From Nostoc sp. DedSLP01 (GTDB lineage: Bacteria; Cyanobacteriota; Cyanobacteriia; Cyanobacteriales; Nostocaceae): a stretch of DNA of 64,000 nucleotides. The stretch covers positions 96,001-160,000 of the forward strand of contig JAVRCJ020000007.1 in assembly GCA_034530875.2 (NCBI GenBank), read 5' to 3'. The stretch's first letter is position 1. Each line of letters begins with the position of its first letter. This document shows positions 22,010-32,135 of the stretch, piece after piece. The notes beneath the pieces are model-generated. The model was not told the origin of the DNA. It saw nothing but the letters and a program-made list of their open reading frames with translations, and made no database searches. A program made the position numbers and the translations under genes.

Positions 22010-22783
22010 ATGATAGTAATAACATCTGTGCATCCAACTTCAGACGATATTAGTCCTAGCCCCAATCAAGTTATGTCAGTCGCCCAAGATTTAGAACCAG
22101 CAGAAGATATAATATTTCCACCAGGAGATATCTACAGTGACGAACCACCATTGGAAAGCGATTTACATCTACGCCAAATTATTCTATTATTACAATGCTT
22201 AGAATTGTGGTGGCAAAATCGCACTGACTTTTATGCAGCCGGAAATCTGACGATTTACTATAGCCAACGTCAGCTGAAATCAGAAGAATTTCGCGGCCCG
22301 GACTTTTTTGTAGTGCTAGGATGCGATCGCAAACCGCGCAAAAGTTGGGTGATTTGGCAAGAAGACGGTAAATATCCGAATATTATTGTTGAGTTGCTTT
22401 CGTCTTCCACAAAAGCCACAGACAAAGGTTTAAAAAAACAAATTTACCAAGATATCTTTCGCACGCCAGAGTATTTTTGGTTTGACCCAAACAATTTAGA
22501 ATTTGTAGGGTTTCATTTAGTAGACGGTAATTACCAACCAATAGAACCGAACCCCCAAGGTTGGTTATGGAGTCAGCAGTTAGATTTATATTTAGGCGTG
22601 CAAGACAATCAATTACGCTATTTTACACCACAAGGACAGTTAGTGCCGACACCGCAAGAATTGGCAGAGCAGGAAAAGCAGCGTGCGGACGAGGAAAAAC
22701 AGCGTGCAGAACAAGAAAAGCAACGCGCAGAACGCCTAGCTGCTAAGTTGCGAGACTTAAATATTGACCCGGATATTCTATAA
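22010..22783 (+). CDS. Uma2-family (DUF820) endonuclease-fold protein
   Basis: SDEPPLESDLH, FRGPDFFVV, PNIIVELLS.ST, PEYFWFDP, coiled-coil tail. The real start may be at 22073. Confidence 0.9.
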   Translation: MIVITSVHPTSDDISPSPNQVMSVAQDLEPAEDIIFPPGDIYSDEPPLESDLHLRQIILLLQCLELWWQNRTDFYAAGNLTIYYSQRQLKSEEFRGPDFFVVLGCDRKPRKSWVIWQEDGKYPNIIVELLSSSTKATDKGLKKQIYQDIFRTPEYFWFDPNNLEFVGFHLVDGNYQPIEPNPQGWLWSQQLDLYLGVQDNQLRYFTPQGQLVPTPQELAEQEKQRADEEKQRAEQEKQRAERLAAKLRDLNIDPDIL

Positions 22784-22908
22784 AAATTAAATAAATTTTG
22801 CTATGAGAATCACTCTTTAACCTAAATTTTTATGGTGATATCTGGATATTTTTAACTAATTCCGATATAGTAAGAAATTTGCCCCTTGCTTAAAACTTTT
22901 TTTTGAAT

Positions 22909-23226
22909 ATGCCCAAAACTTACACCGTAGAAATTCACCACCAAGGTCAAATTCATACTTTGCAAGTCCCCGACAATGAAACCATCTTATCAGTTGCCGA
23001 GGCAGCTGGTTTAGAATTGCCGGCTTCTTGCCATGCAGGTGTTTGTACAACTTGTGCCGGTCAAATCAGCGAGGGAAAGGTAGATCAAGCTGATGGTATG
23101 GGCGTTAGTCCGCACTTACAAGAACAAGGTTACGTATTGCTTTGTGTTGCCAAACCCCTTTCCGATCTAAAAATTGAGACTGAAAAAGAAGACACACTTT
23201 ATCAGTTGCAATTTGGCAAAGACTAA
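22909..23226 (+). CDS. 2Fe-2S ferredoxin
   Basis: LPASCHAGVCTTCAG...VLLCVA plant-type ferredoxin motif. Confidence 0.93.
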   Translation: MPKTYTVEIHHQGQIHTLQVPDNETILSVAEAAGLELPASCHAGVCTTCAGQISEGKVDQADGMGVSPHLQEQGYVLLCVAKPLSDLKIETEKEDTLYQLQFGKD

Positions 23227-23255
23227 TAATTACAGCAGAATTCAGAATTCAGAAT

Positions 23256-23278
23256 GGGCTACGCCCCGCTACGCTAAC
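23256..23278. repeat. Small dispersed repeat (23 nt), also at 35266..35288 and 51384..51406
   Basis: GG(G/A)CTACGCCCCGCT(A/T/G)(C/T)GCTAAC occurs in three copies. Confidence 0.8.
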
Positions 23279-23510
23279 AGAATTCAGAATTAAAGAGTAA
23301 AACAAGCTTTATGGTTGGCTTTGAAACTGGGGTTGCGTACACCATAAAGTTGAAATCTGTTGTTAGCGAACAGTTATCAGTAGAAAGTTGATTTATTCGT
23401 AACTGAATGACTGTTCGCTAACATGATTACAAAAACTGGAAAATCATATAAGTACTTGATAGCACCTGATAAGCTATTCTATAAATTAAAAATTAACAGG
23501 ATTTGGGGCG

Positions 23511-23690
23511 ATGACAACTCATTTTATTACCGCAGAAATCGACCTGCAAGAGACTCCCGCAGAATTACTCAAAACAATTGAAACAGAGTTAAAGAAACAA
23601 GGCGAACCCCTGCGTTGGGCTGTTACTTCTGTAGATGTTGCCCAGCAAAAGGCTAAAGTTGAAGCCGTTGTGACGACAGTTGAGAGTTAG
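23511..23690 (+). CDS. Small conserved hypothetical protein (59 aa), not in the ORF track
   Basis: Read directly: MTTHFITAEIDLQETPAELLKTIETELKKQGEPLRWAVTSVDVAQQKAKVEAVVTTVES*. It lies between the ferredoxin and DUF3326 genes on the same strand. Confidence 0.8.
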   Translation: MTTHFITAEIDLQETPAELLKTIETELKKQGEPLRWAVTSVDVAQQKAKVEAVVTTVES

Positions 23691-23816
23691 GAGTAGCGAG
23701 ATGGGGAGATGGGGAGATGGGGAGATGGGGAGACAAGAGAAACAAGGGAAAGAATTTTTCACTTTTACTTATTGCCTTCTAACTCCTAACTCCTAACTCC
23801 TAACTCACCACTCAAT

Positions 23817-24884
23817 ATGCATCCATACACTGCGATTTTAATAGTACCAACCGGCGTTGGGGCTGCCATTGGCGGTTACGCTGGTGATGCTTTGCCTGTT
23901 GCCAAACTTATAGCACAGGTTTGCGATCGCCTCATTACTCACCCCAATGTCCTCAATGGCGCAAGTTTGTACTGGAATCTCCCCAATGCTTTCTACGTTG
24001 AAGGTTTTGGGCTTGACAAATTCGCGGCTGGATGCTGGGGTTTGCGTCCAGTACGCAACAACAAAATAGGTTTGCTTTTAGACCGAGGCATTGAGCCGGA
24101 GTTGCGGCTCAGACATTTGCAAGCAGCCGACGCAGCTAGAGCTACCTTAGGATTGACTTTAACAGATTACGTTATTACTGATGCACCTTTAAATGTAGAA
24201 TTACGGACTACCGCATCAGGTGCGAGTTGGGGGACAATTGGTAACCCCGATAGCTTGTTGAGGGCAGCAGAAATACTGATTAAAAAAGCTGGAGCAGAAG
24301 CGATCGCAGTTGTAGCCCGTTTCCCGGATGATATGGATGAGGAAGCACTACAGAAATATCGACAAGGTGAAGGAGTTGATTCCATAGCAGGTGCAGAAGC
24401 CGTAATTAGCCACTTGCTAGTGCGAACCTTTCAAATTCCTTGCGCCCATTCACCTGCCCTTGCCAGTACTCCTCCAGAACCAGACTTATCACCCCGTTCC
24501 GCAGCAGAGGAATTGGGTTACACATTTTTACCATGCGTTCTTGTTGGTTTGAGTCGTGCCCCACAATTTATAGTCGAGAGAAAAGCGATACCATTAGAAC
24601 AAGAAGATATTTGGGCTGATGAAGTGGATGCTCTTGTCGTACCTGCAAACGCTTGTGGTAGTAGCGCCTTACTGAGTTTAAGCCAAACACGATGCCAAAT
24701 TATTACAGTAGAAGAAAATAAAACTGTAATAAAAGTTCCTCCCCAACCGTTGGGGATCGAGTCGATACAGGTAAACTCATATTTAGAGGCAGTTGGCGTT
24801 TTAGTAGCCCATAAAGCAGGCATCGATCCCTATATTCTCCGTCCCAAACTCTCATCTTTACAACCAGTAATTACTAGTCATTAG
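23817..24884 (+). CDS. DUF3326 family protein
   Basis: LIVPTGVGAAIGGYAGDALP, LITHPNVLNGA, GAEAVISHL, AAEELGYTFLPCVL. Confidence 0.88.
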   Translation: MHPYTAILIVPTGVGAAIGGYAGDALPVAKLIAQVCDRLITHPNVLNGASLYWNLPNAFYVEGFGLDKFAAGCWGLRPVRNNKIGLLLDRGIEPELRLRHLQAADAARATLGLTLTDYVITDAPLNVELRTTASGASWGTIGNPDSLLRAAEILIKKAGAEAIAVVARFPDDMDEEALQKYRQGEGVDSIAGAEAVISHLLVRTFQIPCAHSPALASTPPEPDLSPRSAAEELGYTFLPCVLVGLSRAPQFIVERKAIPLEQEDIWADEVDALVVPANACGSSALLSLSQTRCQIITVEENKTVIKVPPQPLGIESIQVNSYLEAVGVLVAHKAGIDPYILRPKLSSLQPVITSH

Positions 24885-24944
24885 TCATTAGTCATTTGTA
24901 AATAACCAATACCCAATGCCCAATGCCCCATTTTCTAAAAACCC

Positions 24945-25541
24945 GTGATTGAACAACAAAAACAAGAACCAGAAATCCCATATCTGACGCGCATCCAAGT
25001 ACTTGGGGCGATGGGAGCAACTGCAATCCTTTTGCTGATAGTCGCTAAACTGTCGTTGTACTTTGGCAACTTCTCCCTATTTTCTTGGAAGTTGAGCCAA
25101 AGAGATTTACTGTTGGGTGTAGGGTTGGGATTTGTCATCACTTTATTAAGTGGTTTAGCTTATCGCCTTTGGACTCCCTACCGTAAAAGTGCAGATTTTT
25201 ATCTAGAAATAATCTTGAAGCCTTTAACCTTACCAGATTTAATTTGGTTAGGTTTGCTACCAGGTTTGAGCGAAGAATTATTATTTCGGGGCGTGATGCT
25301 GCCAGCTTTAGGTTTAGATCATCTGGCTGTCATTGTATCTAGTCTTTGCTTTGGCGTTTTGCACCTAAGTGGTTCTCAACAATGGCCTTATGTAGTTTGG
25401 GCAACAATTGTCGGGATGATATTAGGATATAGCGCCTTATTTAGCGGCAACTTATTAGTGCCTATAGTTGCTCATATTGTGACGAATTTGATTTCTAGTT
25501 ATATGTGGAAAATCTGGCAATTATCGAGAAGCAAAAAATAA
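24945..25541 (+). CDS. CPBP (CAAX) family intramembrane glutamic endopeptidase
   Basis: EELLFRG, FGVLH and AHIVTN motifs. Confidence 0.9.
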   Translation: MIEQQKQEPEIPYLTRIQVLGAMGATAILLLIVAKLSLYFGNFSLFSWKLSQRDLLLGVGLGFVITLLSGLAYRLWTPYRKSADFYLEIILKPLTLPDLIWLGLLPGLSEELLFRGVMLPALGLDHLAVIVSSLCFGVLHLSGSQQWPYVVWATIVGMILGYSALFSGNLLVPIVAHIVTNLISSYMWKIWQLSRSKK

Positions 25542-25588
25542 TTCCTCTCCCAGAAGATCCAGCTTCAACCATGAATATGGAATTATTG

Positions 25589-27166
25589 CTAACTTTTAGA
25601 AAAACCGCCAATCTCAATTTTTTCTTGGCTAAAAGTCTCTTTCAGTATTTTGCGGAGAACGCGCTGAATGCGAAGGTGTTGTCCAGGCTTGACTTTTGTT
25701 AGTGTTAACAGCAATAAATGATTCTCCCCAAAATGTTCTATTCCAGCTACTCGTGTAGGTTCTAAAACATCTTGTTCATCTATTTTTAACTGCTCTCCTA
25801 TTCTCTCCACTACTCTATATACACGATCTAAATTTGAGTCATAAGGAATATTAACTTCAACTCTAGCATATATATACTGCTTGGAAAAGTTAATAATTGA
25901 ACCAATATCACCATTACGAATAATCTGCAATTGCCCATCAGGATGGCGGACGTGAGTAGTTCGTAATTCAATCGCTTCTACAGTTCCCTCAACAGTTCTT
26001 TCTTCTAATTTTCCAACATCAATATAATCGCCCACTAAGTAATAGTTTTCAAACAAAATTAAGAATCCACAAACAATATCATTAATTATATTTTGCGCCC
26101 CAAGACCAACAGCTATACCAATAATTCCCGCACCTGCTAAGATAGGCGCAGGATCGATACCAATCAGCTTGAGTATAGTCACCCCGCCAGTAAAGTAAAC
26201 AAAATATTTAGCAAAACTCCGCATTAAAGGAATCAGTGTCAGCCGTTTTTGTCGCTGTACGTCATTGACATCTGTAGTCCTTAAGTAGAACTCATCTAGA
26301 ATAAAGTAAGCAATTTCAACCAAAACATTACTAATAAAGAAAACCCCAATAATCTGCACAATTCTAGGAGTATAAGAACCGATCCAAGCAATAGGTTCTA
26401 TTTCTGGAACAACAAGATTGACTATACCTACATAAAGGATATACTCTAAACATTTCTTGAAGAGTGGAATTAAGTGACGTAAATGCTCGTATAATCTTAA
26501 AAGATTACTATAGTTAGAGTATTTAATACTTAAAGCATCGAGTGTGTCTACGATAGTAGCAACAGCTTTGACAATGAGTAAGCCAACTGAGATAATAATG
26601 TATATTTTTAAAGCAATGAAAAGATATTTAGGAAAAATTTCTGGAAGGTAAAGAAATTTAGCACATAAAATAGCAGATGATATCCAGATAGTATGAATAA
26701 TTATTCTTTTTAAGGTATTAAAAAAAGCTTCAACGCTCTCATCATTAGATTTAATACTATCGGCTTTTTTAGCATAATTGCAAACCCAGTCTATACCTCG
26801 ACTTAAAGGTAATATGCTAAATTTAACTAAGATTAGCAAACTAACTGTTTTGAAACTTGCAATACAGAGATTAATCCAAAATTGAGTAGGAAGAGTGCGA
26901 ATAAGATTAATTTGAAATTGCTGAATGTTTCCTCCTTGATAAATTACTATTCCATTTACACCAACCAGTGCTAGACATAGAAGCACACAAGTTAAAATTA
27001 GAATTCTACTGATACTCTGCCGCAAGAAGGTTATATTTGCAATTCTTCTTTGCAGCCACGAAGCTTTAGCAATTTTTTTGAGGATGAAGTTAATCAACCA
27101 GTTTAATAACCAGAAAATGGTTATTAAAAATATAACTTCACCCAGAATAATTACTATATTAATCAT
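25589..27166 (-). CDS. MscS-family mechanosensitive channel
   Basis: ILAGAGIIGIAVGLGAQ..GFLILFENYYLVGDYI..GTVEAIELRTT..IRNG. Confidence 0.92.
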   Translation of the reverse strand: MINIVIILGEVIFLITIFWLLNWLINFILKKIAKASWLQRRIANITFLRQSISRILILTCVLLCLALVGVNGIVIYQGGNIQQFQINLIRTLPTQFWINLCIASFKTVSLLILVKFSILPLSRGIDWVCNYAKKADSIKSNDESVEAFFNTLKRIIIHTIWISSAILCAKFLYLPEIFPKYLFIALKIYIIISVGLLIVKAVATIVDTLDALSIKYSNYSNLLRLYEHLRHLIPLFKKCLEYILYVGIVNLVVPEIEPIAWIGSYTPRIVQIIGVFFISNVLVEIAYFILDEFYLRTTDVNDVQRQKRLTLIPLMRSFAKYFVYFTGGVTILKLIGIDPAPILAGAGIIGIAVGLGAQNIINDIVCGFLILFENYYLVGDYIDVGKLEERTVEGTVEAIELRTTHVRHPDGQLQIIRNGDIGSIINFSKQYIYARVEVNIPYDSNLDRVYRVVERIGEQLKIDEQDVLEPTRVAGIEHFGENHLLLLTLTKVKPGQHLRIQRVLRKILKETFSQEKIEIGGFSKS

Positions 27167-27293
27167 TTATAAGCGTGAATTCCAAAAAAATATAGTGCTA
27201 GAAATTGTTGTTATTATACCAATTCTCCACAATCAAGCAATTTGCGATCGCTCCAGCCCTGACTTCTCTCAACAAAGCCAACCACAGTAGTAT

Positions 27294-27947
27294 TTACTGT
27301 GAGTAAGAATTAGTATAAGCTGCCAAAGCGATCGCTCTTGGTAAAATCCGATGTTCTTGAATTTGAATTCTAGCGTGCAGCGTTTCTGGTGTATCATCAG
27401 GTAGCACTGGTACTGCCGCTTGCATCAATATGGGGCCGCTGTCCATTTCCAAACAAGCAATATGCACGGTACAACCAGTAATTTTTACCCCAGATGCCAA
27501 AGCTTGTTCGACAGCATTAATTCCCTTAAAACTAGGTAACAAACTCGGATGTATATTAATAATTTTGTTAGGGAAAGCATCAATAAATACTGATGTTAAA
27601 AGTCGCATCCATCCCGCCAGAATCACCCATTCGACATCATACTGGCGTAATGTCTGCACAATTTTTTCATCGAACTTTTGCCGGTTTTTGTAGTTGCGGT
27701 GGTTCAACAACACAGCTTCTACTCCTCGATTGGCGGCTCTTACGGCTGCTTTAGCAGTTGGGTTATTATAAATCAAAACTTGAATTTTGGCGTTTAGCTC
27801 TCCATCTTCAATAGCTTGGGCAACTACATCAAAATTACTGCCATTTCCAGAAGCCATAACTCCGAGTTTTAAAGGAGTATCTTGTCGGTAAACATCGTTA
27901 ATACTGGGAGAAACCAAGCTAGGGGTACAATCAGGACTGATAATCAT
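27294..27947 (-). CDS. purN: Phosphoribosylglycinamide formyltransferase
   Basis: ASGNGSNF, LAGWMRLL, INIHPSLLPSFKG, GCTVH, MDSGPI. Confidence 0.96.
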   Translation of the reverse strand: MIISPDCTPSLVSPSINDVYRQDTPLKLGVMASGNGSNFDVVAQAIEDGELNAKIQVLIYNNPTAKAAVRAANRGVEAVLLNHRNYKNRQKFDEKIVQTLRQYDVEWVILAGWMRLLTSVFIDAFPNKIINIHPSLLPSFKGINAVEQALASGVKITGCTVHIACLEMDSGPILMQAAVPVLPDDTPETLHARIQIQEHRILPRAIALAAYTNSYSQ

Positions 27948-27971
27948 AGCAGCAAAAAGGGAAAATTATAA

Positions 27972-28853
27972 ATGCGAAAAATATATAATAAGTCGTGGTT
28001 GGATAATGATACAGCAGCCGCTTGGATTTTTCTCACACCAGCACTAATTTTATTAGGCGTTTTTATTATTTGGCCCATAGCCTATTTGTTTTACCTCAGC
28101 TTCACTGCCGGCAGTTTCACTTCCAAAGGTATTTATTGGATAGGGTTAAAAAACTATTGGCGCTTGTTATTGAATTCTGACTTCTGGCAAGTTATTGGTA
28201 ACACCATTTATTTTACCGTTGCCACCATCATCCCCAGTTTAATTATTCCCTTGGGATTAGCAGTCTTATTAAACCGTTCCTTGGCTTTGCGCTCAATCTT
28301 GCGCAGTGCCTATTTTTTACCTTCAATTATCTCTCTTGTCGCCGCTGGCTTGGGATTTCGCTGGCTGTTTCAAACATCGGGGCCGGTTAACGGATTTTTA
28401 AATTTTTTTGGTATTCCGTCCATATCTTGGTTAGGAGATACATTTTGGGCAATGCCAGTACTGATTTTAATGAGTATTTGGAAACAACTCGGTTTCAATA
28501 TGGTGGTATTTTTAGCCGGGTTGCAAACAATTCCTCCCAGTCGTTATGAAGCGGCAGATTTAGATGGTGCAAACGCTTGGCAACAATTTTGGCATATTAC
28601 GCTGCCCGGATTACGCCCTACCCTGATATTTGTCACAATCACTACCGCGATTTTTACATTGCGGAGTTTTGAACAAGTTTATGTAATTACCGGCGGCGGG
28701 CCATTGAATTCGACTAATTTGTTGGTTTACTACATTTACCAAGAAGCCTTTGCTCAATTTGATTTTGGTTATGCAGCTGCCGCGGCAACGGTGTTGTTAG
28801 CAGTGACTTTGGTACTAGTGTATTTGCAGTTGCGAACTTGGGGAGAGGAATAA
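27972..28853 (+). CDS. Carbohydrate ABC transporter permease
   Basis: EAA loop (YEAADLDGANAWQQFWHITLP) and multiple TM helices. Confidence 0.92.
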   Translation: MRKIYNKSWLDNDTAAAWIFLTPALILLGVFIIWPIAYLFYLSFTAGSFTSKGIYWIGLKNYWRLLLNSDFWQVIGNTIYFTVATIIPSLIIPLGLAVLLNRSLALRSILRSAYFLPSIISLVAAGLGFRWLFQTSGPVNGFLNFFGIPSISWLGDTFWAMPVLILMSIWKQLGFNMVVFLAGLQTIPPSRYEAADLDGANAWQQFWHITLPGLRPTLIFVTITTAIFTLRSFEQVYVITGGGPLNSTNLLVYYIYQEAFAQFDFGYAAAAATVLLAVTLVLVYLQLRTWGEE

Positions 28854-28908
28854 TAGCAATTAAAAATTCAAAATTAAAAATTAAAAAATTGAAAATTCAC
28901 GTATGAAG

Positions 28909-28997
28909 TTCTCTACCGAGATGCTACGCGAACGTAGACTCGCTCTAAGCGTACCCCTACGGGTAAGCAAGCTACGCGCAGCGTCTCGTAGAGAAGC
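28909..28997. repeat. Cluster of nested small dispersed repeats
   Basis: GC-rich island in AT-rich STRR context. It shares sequence with the inverted copy near 45574..45602 and with AAGCAAGCTACG near 51435. Confidence 0.6.
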
Positions 28998-29353
28998 TAT
29001 GCTGTTGGTGATGAAAATAAAATTTTCTTATAGCAATTTGCAAAGAGAATGGGGTAGAGACATAAGCTCAAACCCTTGTGCTATGTAGTTTTATTAATTT
29101 TTAATTTTGAATTGGTATTATATTTCTGAATTTTAACTCTGACTACTAAATTTTACGTATCAATATTTCCTGACCTATGTCAGCATTTTTTGTTGTAAAA
29201 AACACTCAAATAGCCTATTTTCAGGTGATTGATGATTTTTTGAGAATTTATTCTTGAATATAGATAGTTTTTCTTTCCATTTGAGGTGTAATCTCAATAT
29301 ACGGTAACTACCGCGATCGGCCTTTGAGAGAAAAGACACCAGAGGTGAATACC

Positions 29354-30013
29354 ATGAAAAATTATGCCGACAAGCAGGAATTGATCTTAGATCGGATCGC
29401 AAATAAAAATTTTCAGCCTCATAATTTCAGTGGATATGACTTAAGTGGAATTGACCTGAAAGGACTTGATTTAAGTGGAATTAACTTTATAGGAGCAGAT
29501 TTGCGTGGTACGAATCTATCTGGCTCTGTTCTGACTCGTGCTAATTTGAGTGGCGCAAGTTTAATGGACGCATGTTTATGCGAAGCTAATTTGCATGAAG
29601 CCTCTTTATGTGAAGCTAATTTAACTAATGCCGATTTAAAGCAAGCAAATTTGTGTGCAAGTTTTTTATGGCGGGTGAAATTAATAGGTAGTAACCTTTG
29701 GGGTACTTCCTTATGTGCTGCGGATTTGAGTGAAGCAGACCTAACTGAAGCTAAATTAATTGAAGCATCCCTGATTGAAGCAAATTTAGTTAGAGCAAAT
29801 TTGACAAAAGCAAAGCTATGTGGATCGTTATTGCTAGAAGCTAATTTAACCGAAGCTAATTTAACTAGTGCAGACTTGACATGGGCAAACTTAACTAAGA
29901 CCAACTTGAGTAAAGCAAATCTTTGGAAAACCAATCTGATTTACGCTAAATTACGAGATACTATTATGCCTGATGGTACTCTTAAAGAGCCTCAAATAAT
30001 TATTAGTTATTAG
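29354..30013 (+). CDS. fraF: Pentapeptide-repeat protein, probable FraF by synteny
   Basis: Continuous A(D/N)Lxx repeats. It is convergent with and downstream of fraCDE, as fraF is in Anabaena PCC 7120. Confidence 0.55.
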   Translation: MKNYADKQELILDRIANKNFQPHNFSGYDLSGIDLKGLDLSGINFIGADLRGTNLSGSVLTRANLSGASLMDACLCEANLHEASLCEANLTNADLKQANLCASFLWRVKLIGSNLWGTSLCAADLSEADLTEAKLIEASLIEANLVRANLTKAKLCGSLLLEANLTEANLTSADLTWANLTKTNLSKANLWKTNLIYAKLRDTIMPDGTLKEPQIIISY

Positions 30014-30079
30014 TCATTAGTTATTGGTCATTAGTCATTAGTTATTGGTTATTCTCCATGAATGGCCAATGACTAATGA

Positions 30080-31186
30080 CTATAAATCTGTAACTAGGCT
30101 AGTGCTAATGCGATCGCGCCCTTCGTGTTTAGCTGTATAAAGTGCTTTGTCAGCTGCTTCAATTAGGTGTTGTGGTGAGAATTGGGGATTTGGCACAACA
30201 CTGGCAAGACCTATACTGACAGTGACATAACTAGATATACTAGATTGAGCGTGAAGAATTTCCAAGTTGCGTACTGCTTGGAGAATTTTTTCAGCCACAG
30301 ACATGGCTCCTTTACCTTGCGTATTCGGAAGAATTACAATAAATTCTTCTCCACCGTAACGAGCAACTAAATCAGCTGGACGTTGAACAACACCTTCTAT
30401 AGCACTTGCAATTTGTCGCAAACAATCATCACCCATTAAATGACCGTAAGTGTCGTTATAGAGCTTAAAAAAATCAATATCTAACAATATTAAAGATAAA
30501 GGTAAGCGTTCGCGTTTTAGACGATGCCATTCAATATAGAAACACTCATCAAATCGGCGACGATTAGCTATTTGAGTTAAAGGATCTAAATTAACCAGTC
30601 TTTTTAGTTCCTCGTTAGTCGCTTGCATCTGCTGATATACTACTAATCGATTAGTAGGGTCTACATGAGTCGGGCACTTATTAGCACACAATTTAGGGTC
30701 TAGCGCAATGATTGCGTCCTTCATTTTCTGAAGCTCATTACTCAAAAATTGCTCGCGTTCATAGCGATTGATTGCTGTTTGAATCGCAACGTAAAGTTCT
30801 TGTTCTCTAACGGGTTTAACAATATAACCAAAAGGTAATGTCAGCGTTGCTCGGTCTACGGTACTCTTGTCAGAATGCCCAGTAACGTAAATAATAGGAA
30901 TTTGAAAGTACTTCCATATTTGTTCTGCTGCTTGAATACCATCCATTTCGCTTTGGAGACAAATATCCATCAAAACCAAGTTGGGACGTAGTTTGCTTGC
31001 CTTTTCAATTGCTGTTTCCGCAGAATCTGCAATATCGACTACTGTGTACCCATGCGATTCTAGGATTTCCTGCAAATTCATAGCAAGAATATACTCATCT
31101 TCAACAACCAGGATTCGCACTAACTTAGTTCTGTGTATTTGTGATGAGTTATTCATGGTGTTAATATCCTGCTTTGAATACTGCAA
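30080..31186 (-). CDS. Response regulator receiver plus GGDEF diguanylate cyclase
   Basis: REC domain (ILVVEDE, LMDI, YIVKP); DPLTQIANRR, I-site RPAD, active site GGEEF. Confidence 0.92.
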   Translation of the reverse strand: MQYSKQDINTMNNSSQIHRTKLVRILVVEDEYILAMNLQEILESHGYTVVDIADSAETAIEKASKLRPNLVLMDICLQSEMDGIQAAEQIWKYFQIPIIYVTGHSDKSTVDRATLTLPFGYIVKPVREQELYVAIQTAINRYEREQFLSNELQKMKDAIIALDPKLCANKCPTHVDPTNRLVVYQQMQATNEELKRLVNLDPLTQIANRRRFDECFYIEWHRLKRERLPLSLILLDIDFFKLYNDTYGHLMGDDCLRQIASAIEGVVQRPADLVARYGGEEFIVILPNTQGKGAMSVAEKILQAVRNLEILHAQSSISSYVTVSIGLASVVPNPQFSPQHLIEAADKALYTAKHEGRDRISTSLVTDL

Positions 31187-31244
31187 TAGCTTGCTATATC
31201 GGCTCTAGTTTTCTCCTTATTTGAATATAGTTTTAAAACACGCC

Positions 31245-32021
31245 TTAAAACTCGCGTTTTGAGAAAATAACAACAGCGATCGCTAACAAAAGAGCACTAT
31301 AGAGTAAGCCATAACCAGCATTGATAATCAGTGAAGTTGTATCCGGAAGTGCTTGTAAACCATAAACAGCATCATTTTTCAAATCTAATCGAGATAAATC
31401 TGGCAAAACGAGAAACAAACCTTGAGTTAGACGTTCCATCCCAGGGTTGCGACTGAGACGACCAAGTTGTACTAAATCTGGGGTAATATTCCCAATTAAA
31501 TATACTGCAAATGTTAAAACAGTTGCGAGTATTGAAGCAGTGAAAACGCCAAAGGTAATAGCCACAGCGGTAATTAAAGACAGCTGCAAAAATAAAAAAA
31601 TTGACGCGATTAGAATACTCGTCGTGGGATAAGAAACTTTACCAAATTGCAGAAATAATAGATAAATTACTGTCATCGCGGCCACAAGTACAGCCAGAAC
31701 TGCGGATAGACCCAAATATTTGCCAACAATAATTTCACTGCGGCTAACAGGTTTAGCAATTAATACTAAGACAGTGCGTTTCTCAATTTCTTTATTAACT
31801 AGTCCCGTGCCAACAAATATCGTTATAATTAACCCGATGGCATTCATCGCCGCTAAACCGAAATCTAAAAAGATTTTGTCTTCGTTAGCAGCTGCAAATT
31901 CAGGAAGGACACGAAACGCCGCACCGAGTATTAAGGCATAAAAACCAATAATATATAGGATGCGATCGCGTATCACTTCCTGAAACACATTCTTAGCAAG
32001 TACAAAAATTCTGGTCATCAT
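31245..32021 (-). CDS. fraE: FraE, ABC-2-type permease-like filament integrity protein
   Basis: ABC2 membrane motif (KEIEKRTVLVLIAKPVSRSEIIVGKYLG). It is the third gene after fraC and fraD. Confidence 0.8.
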   Translation of the reverse strand: MMTRIFVLAKNVFQEVIRDRILYIIGFYALILGAAFRVLPEFAAANEDKIFLDFGLAAMNAIGLIITIFVGTGLVNKEIEKRTVLVLIAKPVSRSEIIVGKYLGLSAVLAVLVAAMTVIYLLFLQFGKVSYPTTSILIASIFLFLQLSLITAVAITFGVFTASILATVLTFAVYLIGNITPDLVQLGRLSRNPGMERLTQGLFLVLPDLSRLDLKNDAVYGLQALPDTTSLIINAGYGLLYSALLLAIAVVIFSKREF

Positions 32022-32135
32022 TGGTAATTAGTTATTAGTCATTAGTCATTGGTCATTAGTCATTAATCATTGGTCATTAGTTATTAGTTATTCCCCCCAC
32101 ACCTCCCACACTTCCCCTGCCCCCTCTGCTCCTCT

